Source: Trichinella spiralis (Eukaryota). From it: 64,000 bases of DNA. Shown piece after piece: positions 12,751 through 25,802 of this stretch (within the stretch, counting starts at the first letter, position 1; each line of letters begins with the position of its first letter). The notes below the pieces were generated by a model that searched no databases, was not told the origin of the DNA, and saw nothing but the letters and a program-made list of their open reading frames with translations. The DNA is taken from NCBI RefSeq assembly GCF_000181795.1, contig NW_003526943.1:6664122-6728121 (forward strand), in the 5' to 3' direction. Both the position numbers and the translations under genes were made by a program.

Positions 12751-13055
12751 AATAAATCTTATTACGAGTTTTGTTTGTTTGACTTTGAAAAATTTATCTG
12801 ACGGATCAGGCTAACCACGCGGCGAGTTGATCCATTCCGGTCACAAGATGTAGCTCAGAGATAATCAGCCTTGACGAAAGCAACGAACAGAACAAAGAAA
12901 TAAAATTTTCTTCCAGCGAAGCAAATGAACAGCGAAGGAAAGAACAAAGAGACAATGAATAAGCATGCTTATCTGCTGTCATCAGCCAATGCCCGGGTGG
13001 TTAAGAATTTTTACGATGCCTTGGACGCTTTGTCAAATCAAGTCATTGTCTGACC

Positions 13056-13185
13056 CAGGCAGTGAACCCCTGCTAGTGCGCAATTACTGTGAACGCAGAA
13101 CAATAAGAACAAAGGCTTGGGCGGAAAATAAAATACATATTTATCCTTTATGCCTGCCGACGAGGATAATTAGCAATGATTACAT
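13056..13185 (+). repeat. Dispersed repeat fragment, second copy at ~47395-47515
   Basis: Shared CAGGCAGTGAACCCC-GCTAGTGC-CAATTA...ACGAGGATAATTAG-AATGA; family not identified. Confidence 0.75.
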
Positions 13186-14103
13186 CATATACAGGGCTCA
13201 TACAGGGATAGAGCAAAGGCGGATAATGCACATCTGTCAAAAAGAAAACCTAAACAGGATTTTAATGAACTGTTTTTTCTTGTTCATACTGGGTAGCTCG
13301 ATATCGTATTTGTTTTCCTGGAGTAAAATTCTTGTTGATTTTTCCATTGTATAAAAATCGCCTTTACCAACACATGTGATGTGACAAGAAACGCGAACAG
13401 TGTTTCACATAGGCATATGCGTTTAATCATGCGTGAAATTAAGTGAAATTGCGAGCTAACGCGTAACGTTAGCATTAGTGCCATTTATAACCCGAAAATT
13501 GGAAGTGTTGCTACAACATTCCAGATTTTTCAAGCAGATTATTCAGTATTCTGACATTATACTCGGAAGTTAACATCCGATCTTGATAAATTTCAATAGG
13601 CAACAAATTTATTTACAAACAGTGGGAACAGATTTATATATCAGGAGGGAAATCTGTACTAGACCGCTGATGGGTGTTCATTGCTGTTGTTGCTGCTGCT
13701 GTTGGCTAGTGAAAAATAAAAATCACTATTTAACTTATTTTTTGTATTGTTTTTTCTGAATTATTACAATCGCATTTGATATAACGTCACTTTTGTACAA
13801 TTAAATATAGAATGATAAAAATTATTTCCGGGAATGCTGATCATTAAAAAGTATAAACTTCACCAAACAACAATATATTTAAATAAATAAAATTTCAATG
13901 AATGACAAAACTTCAAACAATATAACTGAATCTAGTCATATTACAGTATCCATTGAAGTTGAACCTGATAATCAAATTGTGAGAAGTCTATTAAGTTTGC
14001 GTCCTGAGGTAAACAGCATTATCGTTTTAGAGGCTGAATTTCGTGAGTAAAATAAGATTTCATTGCTTAAATTAAGAAGTGAATTTCGACTTTAGTCCAA
14101 AAC

Positions 14104-16754
14104 ATGGCTAAAAGCATTGCCACTGCGAACAATTTGCAAATTATGTTTGATGAATTTGGTCATCCTTTCTTTTTGTTCAAAGATCAAGCGAAAAAGAAGA
14201 GACTAGTTGGCATTGAAGCAATCAAAGTATGACCGATTTTTTATACTTTTCTTAAGCTTAGACTTTTGTTATTTAAACAGCGTTAGTAAATTTTAATGTT
14301 TTATTTATCGTGTGTTAGTGAATCTATTTTGACGTTTCAAATGTGAAATAGCTTACGTGGAAATGCGTTAGAACTTTTTTTCCGATTTGTTAATAAGCTG
14401 TAGAAAAGGACTATAGCAGGAGTGTTAAGAAGCTTTTTTTGATTGTTTTGCCAGTAATGGATGGTTATAGTTTTAACATTAGTATTTATATTTTGTTAAA
14501 TAAATTTGATTTTCTTTTTTTCTAATATTTAGTCCCACATTTTGGCTGCCCGAGCAGTTGCTAGTATTTTGAGATCATCCATTGGTCCTTGTGGAATGGA
14601 CAAAATTTTGGTCAATCCAGATGGCGATCTCACCGCGACCAATGATGGCGCGACGATATTGGAAAAAATGGACGTGGGACATCCTATTGCAAAATTAATG
14701 GTGGAGTTATCCAAATCGCAAGATGAAGAAACTGGGGACGGAACCACAGGTGTAGTTGGTAATTGTTCTTTTTGTTTTTGGTGGAGTTCTGTTTTTTATT
14801 TTTTTAAAATAATTTCTCCCAGTGTTGTCCGGCGCGCTGCTTCAACAAGCCGAATTTCTGTTAGAGCGTGGTATTCATCCAGTTAAGATTGCCGATGGTT
14901 TTGACCAAGCTAGTCAAATAGTTTGTCGACATCTGGATAGCATCTCTGAAAAGTATCCCGTTGTATCAGACAATAAGGAACTGTTAATCCAAACAGCAAT
15001 GACTACATTAAATTCTAAGATGTAAATTAAAATTTCTGTTTATTGTTAATTGATTTGCTGAATTGAAATTAATTTTAAGTGCAAGTCGATGTGTACGTCA
15101 GTTGGCAGAAATTGCAGTCGACGCAGTACTTTCAGTTGCTAATTTTGAAACGAAGGATGTGAACTTTGAAATGATAAAAATAGTGACGAAACCTGGTGGA
15201 TCATTAGAAGATTCAATGTTGGTGAAAGGTGTAATTATCGATAAAGATTTCAGTCATGATCAGATGAAGCGAGTAAGTAATTTTGTTGTTTTGTATTCTA
15301 CATCATTACTTGATAGTATAAGCTTGTTGAAAGCGATTACGGGAAATGTACTGTGTGTTCGAACGTATTATTTCGATTAATATGAGTAGCAGTGAAGATT
15401 GTAATTTTACATTGCAGTTGGATAGAATATTAAAATGACGACAAATCTTGAAGTAATGCATGAAAACAAAAAAAATTATTCTTTCATGATGCTGATGATA
15501 AAATTTATTTATTTGATTTAATGATGTAAAAGAGTGAGCAGATTTGAAATTTTATGCACTTAAATTGTATTTAGGAAGTGAAGGATGCGAAAATAGCCAT
15601 CTTGACTTGTCCGTTTGAACCGCCTAAGCCAAAGACGAAAGCAAAGTTTGAAATCTCAACTGTGGAAGATTATCAAAAATTGTTTGAATATGAACAGGCA
15701 ACATTCGTTGAAATGATCAATGAAGTATATATTTATACTCTTACACAGACACACGTATACTGTACAATTTTAATACATTTTAGGTAAAAAAATGTGGCGC
15801 AAATTTGGTCTGCTGTCAGTGGGGCTTTGATGACGAAGCCAATCATCTTTTGATGATGCATGGCCTGAATGCAGTGCGTTGGGTTGGCGGCAGCGAGATT
15901 GAATTGGTCGCCATTGCTACAAACGGCAGGATTGTACCACGGTTTAGTGAATTAACGCCAGAGAAGCTTGGTCGTGCCGGGATTGTGCGTTCTCTGAAAT
16001 TTGGCACTACCGACGCTTCAATGCTGGCTATTGAAAATTGCCCGGATCGTCGTGTGGTGACGATCTTACTCCGTGGTGCAACCGAACTTGTAAGTAGAAA
16101 ATTGTGTGAATGGTTGATTGAAGTGGGAAAAAATATTGAATAAAATTTTCCATTTGATTTTCAGATTGTTGATGAGGTGAAGCGAAGTCTTCACGATGCG
16201 CTGTGTGTGGTTCGAAATCTGATAAAGGATGATCGAATCGTTTATGGGGGTGGTTCGGCCGAGATCTCGTGCGCCTTGAAACTCTGCAGCGAAGCAGAAA
16301 AGGTACATACGAAAAGGCCTGCTTAGCGTAGTTTTCACTTGTAGCATTCTTCATTTCAGGCAGAAGGATTGGAGCAGTATTCTTTCCGAGCTTTCTCGCA
16401 AGCTCTGGAAGACATACCGCTAGCACTGGCTGAAAATGCTGGTCTGCTGCCGATGCAAACGTTGGCAGATTTGAAAGCGGTGCATGTGCGGGAAAACAAA
16501 CCCCACTTTGGAGTGCCCTGTTTGGCCAATAGTGTTGGAGGTAAGATGGAAGCCCTTTGATATTAAAATACTGTACTTTTATTTTATTTATTTTTGTAAA
16601 TTGATATTTAGATATGAAAGCGGAGAAAGTATTCGAAACGTTGATTGGTAAGAAGCAACAAGTGATGCTAGCCACTCAAGTAGCTCGTATGATATTGAGA
16701 ATCGATGATGTCCGCTCTATGTCCGACAATTCATCTTATCCTGAAATTGAATAA
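14104..16754 (+). CDS. CCT5: T-complex protein 1 subunit epsilon, copy 1
   Basis: Nine exons: 14104-14226, 14533-14758, 14823-15021, 15080-15272, 15575-15724, 15784-16089, 16165-16302, 16360-16540, 16612-16754. Motifs [42 protein letters not shown] and [12 protein letters not shown] are diagnostic of the epsilon subunit. Confidence 0.96.
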
Positions 16755-19264
16755 CATTTATGCATAAGAATCCTGAATGATTTATGAATATAAAAAATCA
16801 TGGAAATAAACGGTGGCTCAATGATGATTGTATGTCTTTTTTGGTTTTGTTAATTGTTAATCATCTTGGAAAGACAATGAGTAATATATAATATGTAATG
16901 GCAATAATAATGCGATATACAACCGAGTTTACTTCTATAACAAGTAGTCTTAACAAAAATAACTGTGCAATTTTGCAGAATTACGAAACGAGCACTGATA
17001 TCTGTGCATTTTTATAAACAAGAATTAAGAATTTAAATTTTAATAGGTTTGGCACTGGCAGTTGAAATAAATCTCAAAGGACAAGAGTGGTAAAATGAAG
17101 GAAATTTTAAAATGGTGCTTGCATGAAAACTGTGGTAACTTACTTGCATTGTCGCACATTAGCAATTTTGTGTAATTTGTTATTTGATAGCAATGTAATT
17201 AGTAGAAGTGAAAAAAAGTTTTTCTCTAAACTTTAGCATTTGGAGTATATTTTGTCGTAAGTATCTTCTTGAACATGAAACATGTATAAGTAAATGAAAT
17301 AATAAAAGTGATGAAAATTTGGAACGGATTTTGCCTTATGAACATAAATTAATGTAGTATAATATAACATAGTGTAATATAATAAGGTTTCCTGATGTAT
17401 ACGCAAATTCTATTCCACATAAAATAAATGTTTTAACTCATTGCTTGAGGTTAACATAATTTGATGATGAAGTATTTCAGGAGACAAGAATATTAGGCTC
17501 CTTATGTGTAAATCGCAATTCAGTCTCTGCATAGCGTTTGCAAATATGCATGCTTAAATGCCATTAGCTAGGTAACAACATTGTTCAATTGAATTGTATA
17601 CATTTCATGTCAGAAGTAAAACGGCTCTTCAGAAATAAAAATCGCCATTGACAAGTAAGTTATATTGTAAGCATTATTATTATTTAAGTACTTTGTTTTT
17701 CCATTTCAGTAAGCTGAAGCAGTACTAAAAGTAAAAAACAATCTTTATTAAAATGAACCAAGAAGTTATTTTTGTTGAAAAAATAAATGTTAAAAAAACA
17801 GTGCCACTTCTGCATGATATGATTAAACGGACTTGAAATAATTACCATATGCAATGTTTTTTATTGATCATCTTTTCTTTCAGTAAATTTCTTCGCCATA
17901 CCAATGCATCAATTTTCAGCTTGTTTGTTAGCTTTTGTATGCTAGTGCACTTTTTTTGTTTTTTTAATTGGAAAATTTGTTGTCAAAAAAAGAAGAATAT
18001 TTAAAGCAGCTATATTGGAATTTTCTTATCTTTAGTGGATATGTCGAAAAAAATTTATTCAGTTATTACAATTATAACGTGTATTTTCACAGCTTAACAT
18101 TAGCTGAACAGGTTTATCCAAAAACTGAACTAGCAGATGACTGAACCAAAGAAATTACATTTTATAAAGTAGATTATTTTACAAATAGTCGGATGAAATT
18201 TTATTTTCCAGCAATTGAGGTTTTAATGTTTTCTCTCAATCATTTTCCAGGAAAAATGTGATATATTTAAATTTCTTATAAATTTAAAAGTTACACTGTA
18301 TTACGCACACACTTATTTAATGTTAATGGATTTCATGCACCGTCATTTCCCTCAACCTCTGGAAATCATAAGTGAACTTCACACTTGTTGCTGAGCATCC
18401 AGCTCGTAAAATAAATCAGTTAAAATTCAAGATTGGAATTTCATATCTATTTAGTTGTGAAAAATATGTAGTGCCAAATCAATAGTAATAAAAAAAGCAA
18501 AAGCATCTGACTGGGAGAGTTTCGAAGCAACTGCAGCGTTCAGAAGACCTCTGCCGCTCCTGATGTTCAGGTTTTGTGGATTGTATATGTTTCGGGACGA
18601 CCAACTTTATGGTAGCTACCCGGTGACGATCACTCGTTTTCAGAAACGAACGCGATATGAGCAAACTCAGTCGATTCACTTCTTCTCTGATGCCGAATGA
18701 CTGCAACCATGGCTTTTCGTTACATTAACTTCTCGCGGCGTTTTCCAGCCCCAGTATATATATAACATTTTCCAAAGAATCAACTGAATCCCTCCTGCAG
18801 CAGGACCCCGGTCTGACAAAGATATCAGTCACTATGTTGCTTCATTGATGATCTTCAGGGCAGTTGTTCTTCTGTATCTCTGCCCTGACCGCTCTTTGCG
18901 TACGTGGGCCGAGAGTGCGGCACGCCGACTAGATCGGCCATGCTTCGTCGGGAGCACCAACATTGCAATTAGCAAATCGCATCATGAAATAGAAAAAATG
19001 TGCTTAAAATGTTTAATTAAATAAATCATACTATATATGCGCATTTTTTGAGTTTTGAATTCTTATCTTTTAATTAAAAATTATAACAGAAAGTAGTAAT
19101 ATTACAGTATGCATTGAAGTTGAACCTGATAATCAAATTGTAAGAAGTTTGTTGCGTTTGCGTGGTGAGGTGAACGGCATTATCATTTCAAACGTCGAGT
19201 TTTTTGAGTAAAATAAGATTTCATTGCTTAAATTAAGAAGTGAATTTCGACTTTAGTCCAAAAC

Positions 19265-22200
19265 ATGGCTAAAAGCATTGCCACTGCGAACAATTTGCAA
19301 ATTATGTTTGATGAATTTGGTCATCCTTTCTTTTTGTTTAAAGATCAAGCGAAAAAGAAGAGACTAGTTGGCACTGAAGCAATCAAAGTATGCCCGCTTT
19401 TTATACTTTTCTTAAGCTTAATCATTTGTTATTCAAATAGCGTTAGTAAATTTTAATGTTGGTTAGTGTGTTATGGTTAGTGGTTAGTGTGTTACTGTGT
19501 GTTGGTGAATGTATTTTGACGTTTTAAATATTAATTAGCTTATGCAAAAAGGGGTTATAACTTTGGATCCGATTTGTTCATAAGCTGTAGAAAATGACTG
19601 TAGATGTTGAGAAATCTTTTCTCTGTACCTACTCATCGGTGTTTAAATTCTCCATGAACAAAACATTGATTCCTGCACAAAAACAACGCTGATGTAGCGC
19701 AAGCTGTATGCCTTGTTTTTTTCGACGGTGAACAATGGAATGGCAATTAAGCGGTCATAAGGTCAGCGTGCACGCTGTATACTTGCCCCAAGTCCGGCGG
19801 TCAGCTGCTGACCACTCATCAAACTGAAATGTTTCCGACAGCGCGGCTGTTCAGATCAACACATCCGCATAGACCAAGCGGTTACCCAACTAACCCAGTT
19901 AGCGAATCTCTCCTTGGAGAATTGGGGCACCAGACTTGGAGTCAGATCAACCAAAGTGTATAAGTACGAGTGAGGAGGGAACACGCGAAAACACGAGATG
20001 AAAGCTGTTTACCCGAACACTTGACTGTTCCATAGCGGCTGTCTCATTACCTTTCTACGCTCCAGCTGAATAAAATTGAATTATACGGCGTACGTTATTT
20101 TGGATTATCTATAAATAATTCATACAGTCCATCCTTAGTGATTTTTAAGTTCCATCCGAAAGGATTCTCCAACAATAGAAGGGGTGTTAATCTGGTATAT
20201 TTGACTGTTTTGGTAGTAATGGATGGCTATAGTTTTAACATTAGCATTTATATTTTGTGAAATAAAATTGATTTTCTTTTTATCTAATATTTAGTCCCAC
20301 ATTTTGGCTGCCCGAGCAGTTGCTAGTATTTTGAGATCATCCATTGGTCCTTGTGGAATGGACAAAATTTTGGTCAATCCAGATGGCGATCTCACCGCGA
20401 CCAATGATGGCGCGACGATATTGGAAAAAATGGACGTGGGACATCCTATTGCAAAATTAATGGTGGAGTTGTCCAAATCGCAAGATGAAGAAACTGGGGA
20501 CGGAACCACAGGTGTAGTTGGTAATTGTTATTTTTGTTCTTGGTGGAGTTCTGTTTTTTATTTTTTTAAAATAATTTCTCCCAGTGTTGTCCGGCGCTCT
20601 GCTTCAACAAGCCGAATTTCTGTTAGAGCGTGGTATTCATCCAGTTAAGATTGCCGATGGTTTTGACCAAGCTAGTCAAATAGTTTGTCGACATCTGGAT
20701 AGCATCTCTGAAAAGTATCCCGTTGTATCAGACAATAAGGAACTGTTAATTCAAACAGCAATGACTACCTTAAATTCTAAAATGTAAATTAAAATTTCTG
20801 TTTATTGTTAATTGATTTGCTGAATTGAAATTAATTTTAAGTGCAAGTCGATGTGTACGTCAGTTGGCAGAAATTGCAGTCGACGCAGTACTTTCAGTTG
20901 CTAATTTTGAAACGAAGGATGTGAACTTTGAAATGATAAAAATAGTGACGAAACCTGGTGGATCATTAGAAGATTCAATGTTGGTGAAAGGTGTAATTAT
21001 CGATAAAGATTTCAGTCATGATCAGATGAAGCGAGTAAGTAATTTTGTTGTTTTGTATTCTACATCATTACTTGATAGTATAAGCTTGTTGAAAGCGATT
21101 ACGGGAAATGTACTGTGTGTTCGAACGTATTATTTCGATTAATATGAGTAGCAGTGAAGATTGTAATTTTACATTGCAGTTGGATAGAATATTAAAATGA
21201 CGACAAATCTTGAAGTAATGCATGAAAACAAAAAAAATTATTCTTTCATGATGCTGATGATAAAATTTATTTATTTGATTTAATGATGTAAAAGAGTGAG
21301 CAGATTTGAAATTTTATGCACTTAAATTGTATTTAGGAAGTGAAGGATGCGAAAATAGCCATCTTGACTTGTCCGTTTGAACCGCCTAAGCCAAAGACGA
21401 AAGCAAAGTTTGAAATCTCAACTGTGGAAGATTATCAAAAATTGTTTGAATATGAACAGGCAACATTCGTTGAAATGATCAATGAAGTATATATTTATAC
21501 TCTTACACAGACATACATATACTGTACAATTTTAATACATTTTAGGTAAAAAAATGTGGCGCAAATTTGGTCTGTTGTCAGTGGGGCTTTGATGACGAAG
21601 CCAATCATCTTTTGATGATGCATGGCCTGAATGCAGTGCGTTGGGTTGGCGGCAGCGAGATTGAATTGGTCGCCATTGCTACAAACGGCAGGATTGTACC
21701 ACGGTTTAGTGAATTAACGCCAGAGAAGCTTGGTCGTGCCGGGATTGTGCGTTCTCTGAAATTCGGCACTACCGACGCTTCAATGCTGGCTATTGAAAAT
21801 TGCCCGGATCGTCGTGTGGTGACGATCTTACTCCGTGGTGCAACCGAACTTGTAAGTAGAAAATTGTGTGAATGGTTGATTGAAGTGGGAAAAAATATTG
21901 AATAAAATTTTCCATTTGATTTTCAGATTGTTGATGAGGTGAAGCGAAGTCTTCACGATGCGCTGTGTGTGGTTCGAAATCTGATAAAGGATGATCGAAT
22001 CGTTTATGGGGGTGGTTCGGCCGAGATCTCGTGCGCCTTGAAACTCTGCAGCGAAGCAGAAAAGGTACATACGAAAAGGCCTGCTTAGCGTAGTTTTCAC
22101 TTGTAGCACTCTTCATTTCAGGCAGAAGGATTGGAGCAGTATTCTTTCCGAGCTTTCTCGCAAGCTCTGGAAGACATACCGCTAGCACTGGCTGAAAATG

Positions 22201-22516
22201 CTGGTCTGCTGCCGATGCAAACGTTGGCAGATTTGAAAGCGGTGCATGTGCGGGAAAACAAACCCCACTTTGGAGTGCCCTGTTTGGCCAATAGTGTTGG
22301 AGGTAAGATGGAAGCCCTTTGATATTAAAATACTGTACTTTTATTTTATTTCTTTTTGTAAATTGATATTTAGATATGAAAGCGGAAAAAGTATTCGAAA
22401 CGTTGATTGGTAAGAAACAACAAGTGATGCTGGCCACTCAAGTAGCTCGTATGATATTGAGAATCGATGATGTGCGCTCTATGTCCGACAATTCATCTTA
22501 TCCTGAAATTGAATAA
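19265..22516 (+). CDS. CCT5: T-complex protein 1 subunit epsilon, copy 2
   Basis: Same nine-exon structure with intact frame and splice sites; intron 1 (19388-20294) is enlarged by an insertion. Confidence 0.96.
19605..20174 (+). mobile_element. Solo LTR in intron 1 of CCT5 copy 2
   Basis: 570 bp absent from copy 1. TG...CA ends with an imperfect terminal inverted repeat (TGTTGAGAAATCTTT / AAAGGATTCTCCAACA), a 5-bp near-duplication GTAGA/ATAGA on either side, internal TATAAG (19959) and AATAAA (20069). Confidence 0.8.
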
Positions 22517-25500
22517 CATTTATTTAGAGATAAAGAACATGCAAATAAACGATGTTTCAATGATGATTGTGTTTTATTTTTTGGTTTTGTTAAATGTTAA
22601 TTTTATAAAGAAATATCGTGTGTAATCAAAGTAATAATGCAATATGGAGCAGAACTTACTTCTTTGACAAATAGCGTTAACAAAAGCAACAGTGTAATTT
22701 TGCAGCATTAATCTACGTCTGTTAATGTTAATGAACATACTAACTGAATGTTAATAAACAATAATTAAGAATTGGAATTTTAATACGTTTTGGCACTGGC
22801 AGTTGAAATAAATCCCAAAAGAGGTAAGATGAAGGAAATTTTAAAATGGTGCTTGCATGAAAACTGTGGTAACTTACTTGCATTGTCGCACATTAGCAAT
22901 TTTGTGTAATGTGTCGTTTGATGGCAATGTAATTAGTACAAGTGAGAAAAATCATTTTCTCTAAACTTTGGCATTTTCTTGTAACTATTATCATGTATTA
23001 TATGAAACATCTATAAATAATTGAAATAATAAAAGCGATGAAAATTTAAAACTGCTTTTGCCCTATGAACATTAATTAATTAATATAATATAATAAACTT
23101 CCCTGATGTCTAAGCAAATTTTATTCAACATAAAGTGAATGTTGTAATAAATAACCTGAGGTTAACATAATTTGGTTATGAAGTATGTCAAGAGGCAAGA
23201 ATATTGGGCTCATTGTAGGTAAATTGAAATGCAGTATCTGCATAGCGTTTGCTAATATGCAAGCTTAAATGCCATTAGCTTGGTAGCATCATTTTTCAAT
23301 TAAATTGTCTAGATTTATTGTCAGAAGTAAAACGGCTCTTCAGAAATAAAAGTCGTCATTGACAAGTAAGTCACATTCCAAATACTTTAATAATTATTTC
23401 ATTTTTATTGTTATATATTGCATTTACTTAAAATATTCAATTTAGAAATAAATATTTTTGTATTGTTAATGAAACAAATGTTGTCAAATTAGCAATTTTT
23501 ATTGATAAAAATAAGGTTAACATAGAATTCGTATTATTTTAATTTTAAATATCATTTTAACGTAGTAATGTGTGACGAATTTTCGTTTTGCATTTTTAAT
23601 TGAAATTTCTGTATTCTACTACACAACTGAAAATTTCCATAGCATGTTTAAAAATTCTTGTAATTTTTAAAAATTATTTTTCTGATGTATTATATCATCA
23701 GAAAAAATATTTCAGCAATTATGGTATTTACTAATGAAAATGGAAGAAAACTGAAAATTTTTAAATAAAAAATTATTAGATTTGTTAAATTTTGAAATTT
23801 TAACATTATTAGCATGCAAAGGTGAAGCATTTGAAATCCAACTTGTGAAAAATGCTGTATTAATGTAAAAGAAATAATAAATGCCAATTTTCAGACACAA
23901 TTTGCAAAGGGAAATACCACACAAACACCAGGCACAGGTGTACCACGTTAAAAAACACCATCCAGATTATTGTAAGCTGATCTATTCACGTCGGGAAAGG
24001 AATATTTTTTCTTGATGCGGAGCAGTAGCTCCGATGAAGTCTTCCTTCCCGATGAAGCCACTTCTTATAGCACGGGTTATTCTTCATGCCCAGGTAATAT
24101 ATATTTTTTTTAATTTTATTACAATTTTATTAAATGTTAAAATGTACTAGTTGTTTATCAGCGATGAGTTGGTTGTTGTTTCTGAAATTCAGAACAACTT
24201 TTGTTGGATATTAAGTAGGTTTAAAACATTTTTAACTGCGCAATAAAAACTTAAAAAAAGAAAAAAGGAACATTTATCTACAGTTTATTTAAAATATTTA
24301 GTTTTTATTTTTTTATTTGTAACTTTTTTTATTGTGAAATTTGAAAGAAGTATTAAAGGCAGGAATTGCATCACTGAAAAAAGGGAAAATGTACTCTTTA
24401 CTCCATATGAATAATAAATGCACTAAAATGTGAAAAAGTGCCAAAATTTATTTGTAACTTTAAATAAAATTGGTTATGCGATTGTTCAGCTATTAAATGT
24501 TTTGTGTATCATTATACTGTAAAATTAAATTTCCATAAAAACAAAAGAATGTTAGTTGAAAAGCAACAGAGCAATGGATTTTAATTAATTAATTTAATTA
24601 AACAATTCGTTATTAATGCATAATATGTCTGAATTTTTTAAAGACTTTTGATATTTCGCAAAAAAACAAAGAATAGGTCATTTTTGCATGGTCAGTGTTT
24701 TTGGCTATTTGGTAAACAATAGTCGATTGTTCAAAGTTCACTATTTTAGTGTAACTTGATTGCCATTTTTGACCATAACCGTAAAGTTTGACCTGCCAAT
24801 CAGTACAGTTAATCGTTGTAGGACTAGTTTTGGGCATTATTAATGTCTTGAGTAATGTTTAAAATTATTTTAATTATTTTCCAAATTGAAGCCATCGTGA
24901 ATGTTTTCTATATTCCCTTCATTATTTTGTCATTGATAACTTTTTTTCTATTTTCTTCCTTCTCTCCTTGGAAACTTTCGACGTAGATGAACTGCAACAA
25001 AAAGATGTTGCGTCATCTTACAGCTCATCACATTCCGCCTCTTACAATAGATTTTTTGTGATAAGTCATCAAGAAGCAAAAAAAGATTTGTATATATGCG
25101 TATATCTACGGATTTAAACGTGAAATTGAAATTTTTTTGATTGATCAACCATCTGAGGCGCAGTGGAGTTATCCTTTGTAAAAGAATGACCAGCGAAGAG
25201 AAAATCCGAAAGTTTCCCACCAGAACGTAGTTAATTTTTCGAGGTGGGGGAAGGGATGCAAGGTCGAAAGTGTCGAATCTAGTCGTGACCGCATTGCCGG
25301 CATCACTAAGCAGAATGGGATTCCACCAACATGCAGATGACTGGTTCTGAACCAATCTGTGTTTTGGGGTAGGTTAGAAAAAAAACCGCTGAAATTGTCC
25401 ATCGATGTGTGATTATACCGGTTTAGTTTCCTTTTTGCCACACCATTTTCTCATCTGTCCAGCTTTCATTGTCTCCAGTTAACTGACTATTATCAGCTTA

Positions 25501-25586
25501 TAAGCTTGTTATGAAAGTCAATTATGTTCTATTCTCATTTTATTTTAGTATAATCTTTTACATTTTTATTTTTTTCAACTCTTTAG

Positions 25587-25802
25587 GAATGATACCAAAT
25601 TCAACTGGTTCCAACTTCAGGCAGCCTAAAAAGCCAAACAACCCTCCCAATTCCACTGTAAGCAAATTGTAAGTTGGTGTCTAGAGAGGAAATTTGATTT
25701 GTTGATTTTCAGGTTCGACGTGGTCGCCGTTTTGGTGGGAGGCAACGCAACGCTGCCGGTTCATTCAGCTTTCATCTCCAAGAAATGGCAAAAAATAATG
25801 AG
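25587..25802 (+). CDS. Two candidate exons of a small unknown gene
   Basis: 25587-25657 and 25713-25802 have CTTTAG/GTAAGC and TTTCAG/GTAAGC boundaries around a 55-nt intron and read MIPNSTGSNFRQPKKPNNPPNST|VRRGRRFGGRQRNAAGSFSFHLQEMAKNNE. No recognisable homology; remaining exons unresolved. Confidence 0.4.

Larger units (their letters stand above)
10409..23400 (+). repeat. Tandem segmental duplication: unit 1 ~10409-17690, unit 2 ~17692-23400, each carrying CCT5
   Basis: Both units start TTTGTTTTTCCA...CTGAAGCAGTACTAAAAGT and end GTCAGAAGTAAAACGGCTCTTCAGAAATAAAA...TTGACAAGTAAG, with collinear homology between, interrupted by unit-specific insertions. Confidence 0.93.

Noticed and set aside
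15425..15500. C/D snoRNA-like boxes (ATGACGA...CTGA) in CCT5 intron 4
   Set aside because: Imperfect C box, weak terminal stem and no recognisable rRNA complement; such motifs are common in AT-rich DNA.
16028..16675. 215-aa minus-strand ORF (and its twin at 21790-22437)
   Set aside because: Antisense shadow of CCT5 exons and introns; the second copy exists only because of the duplication.
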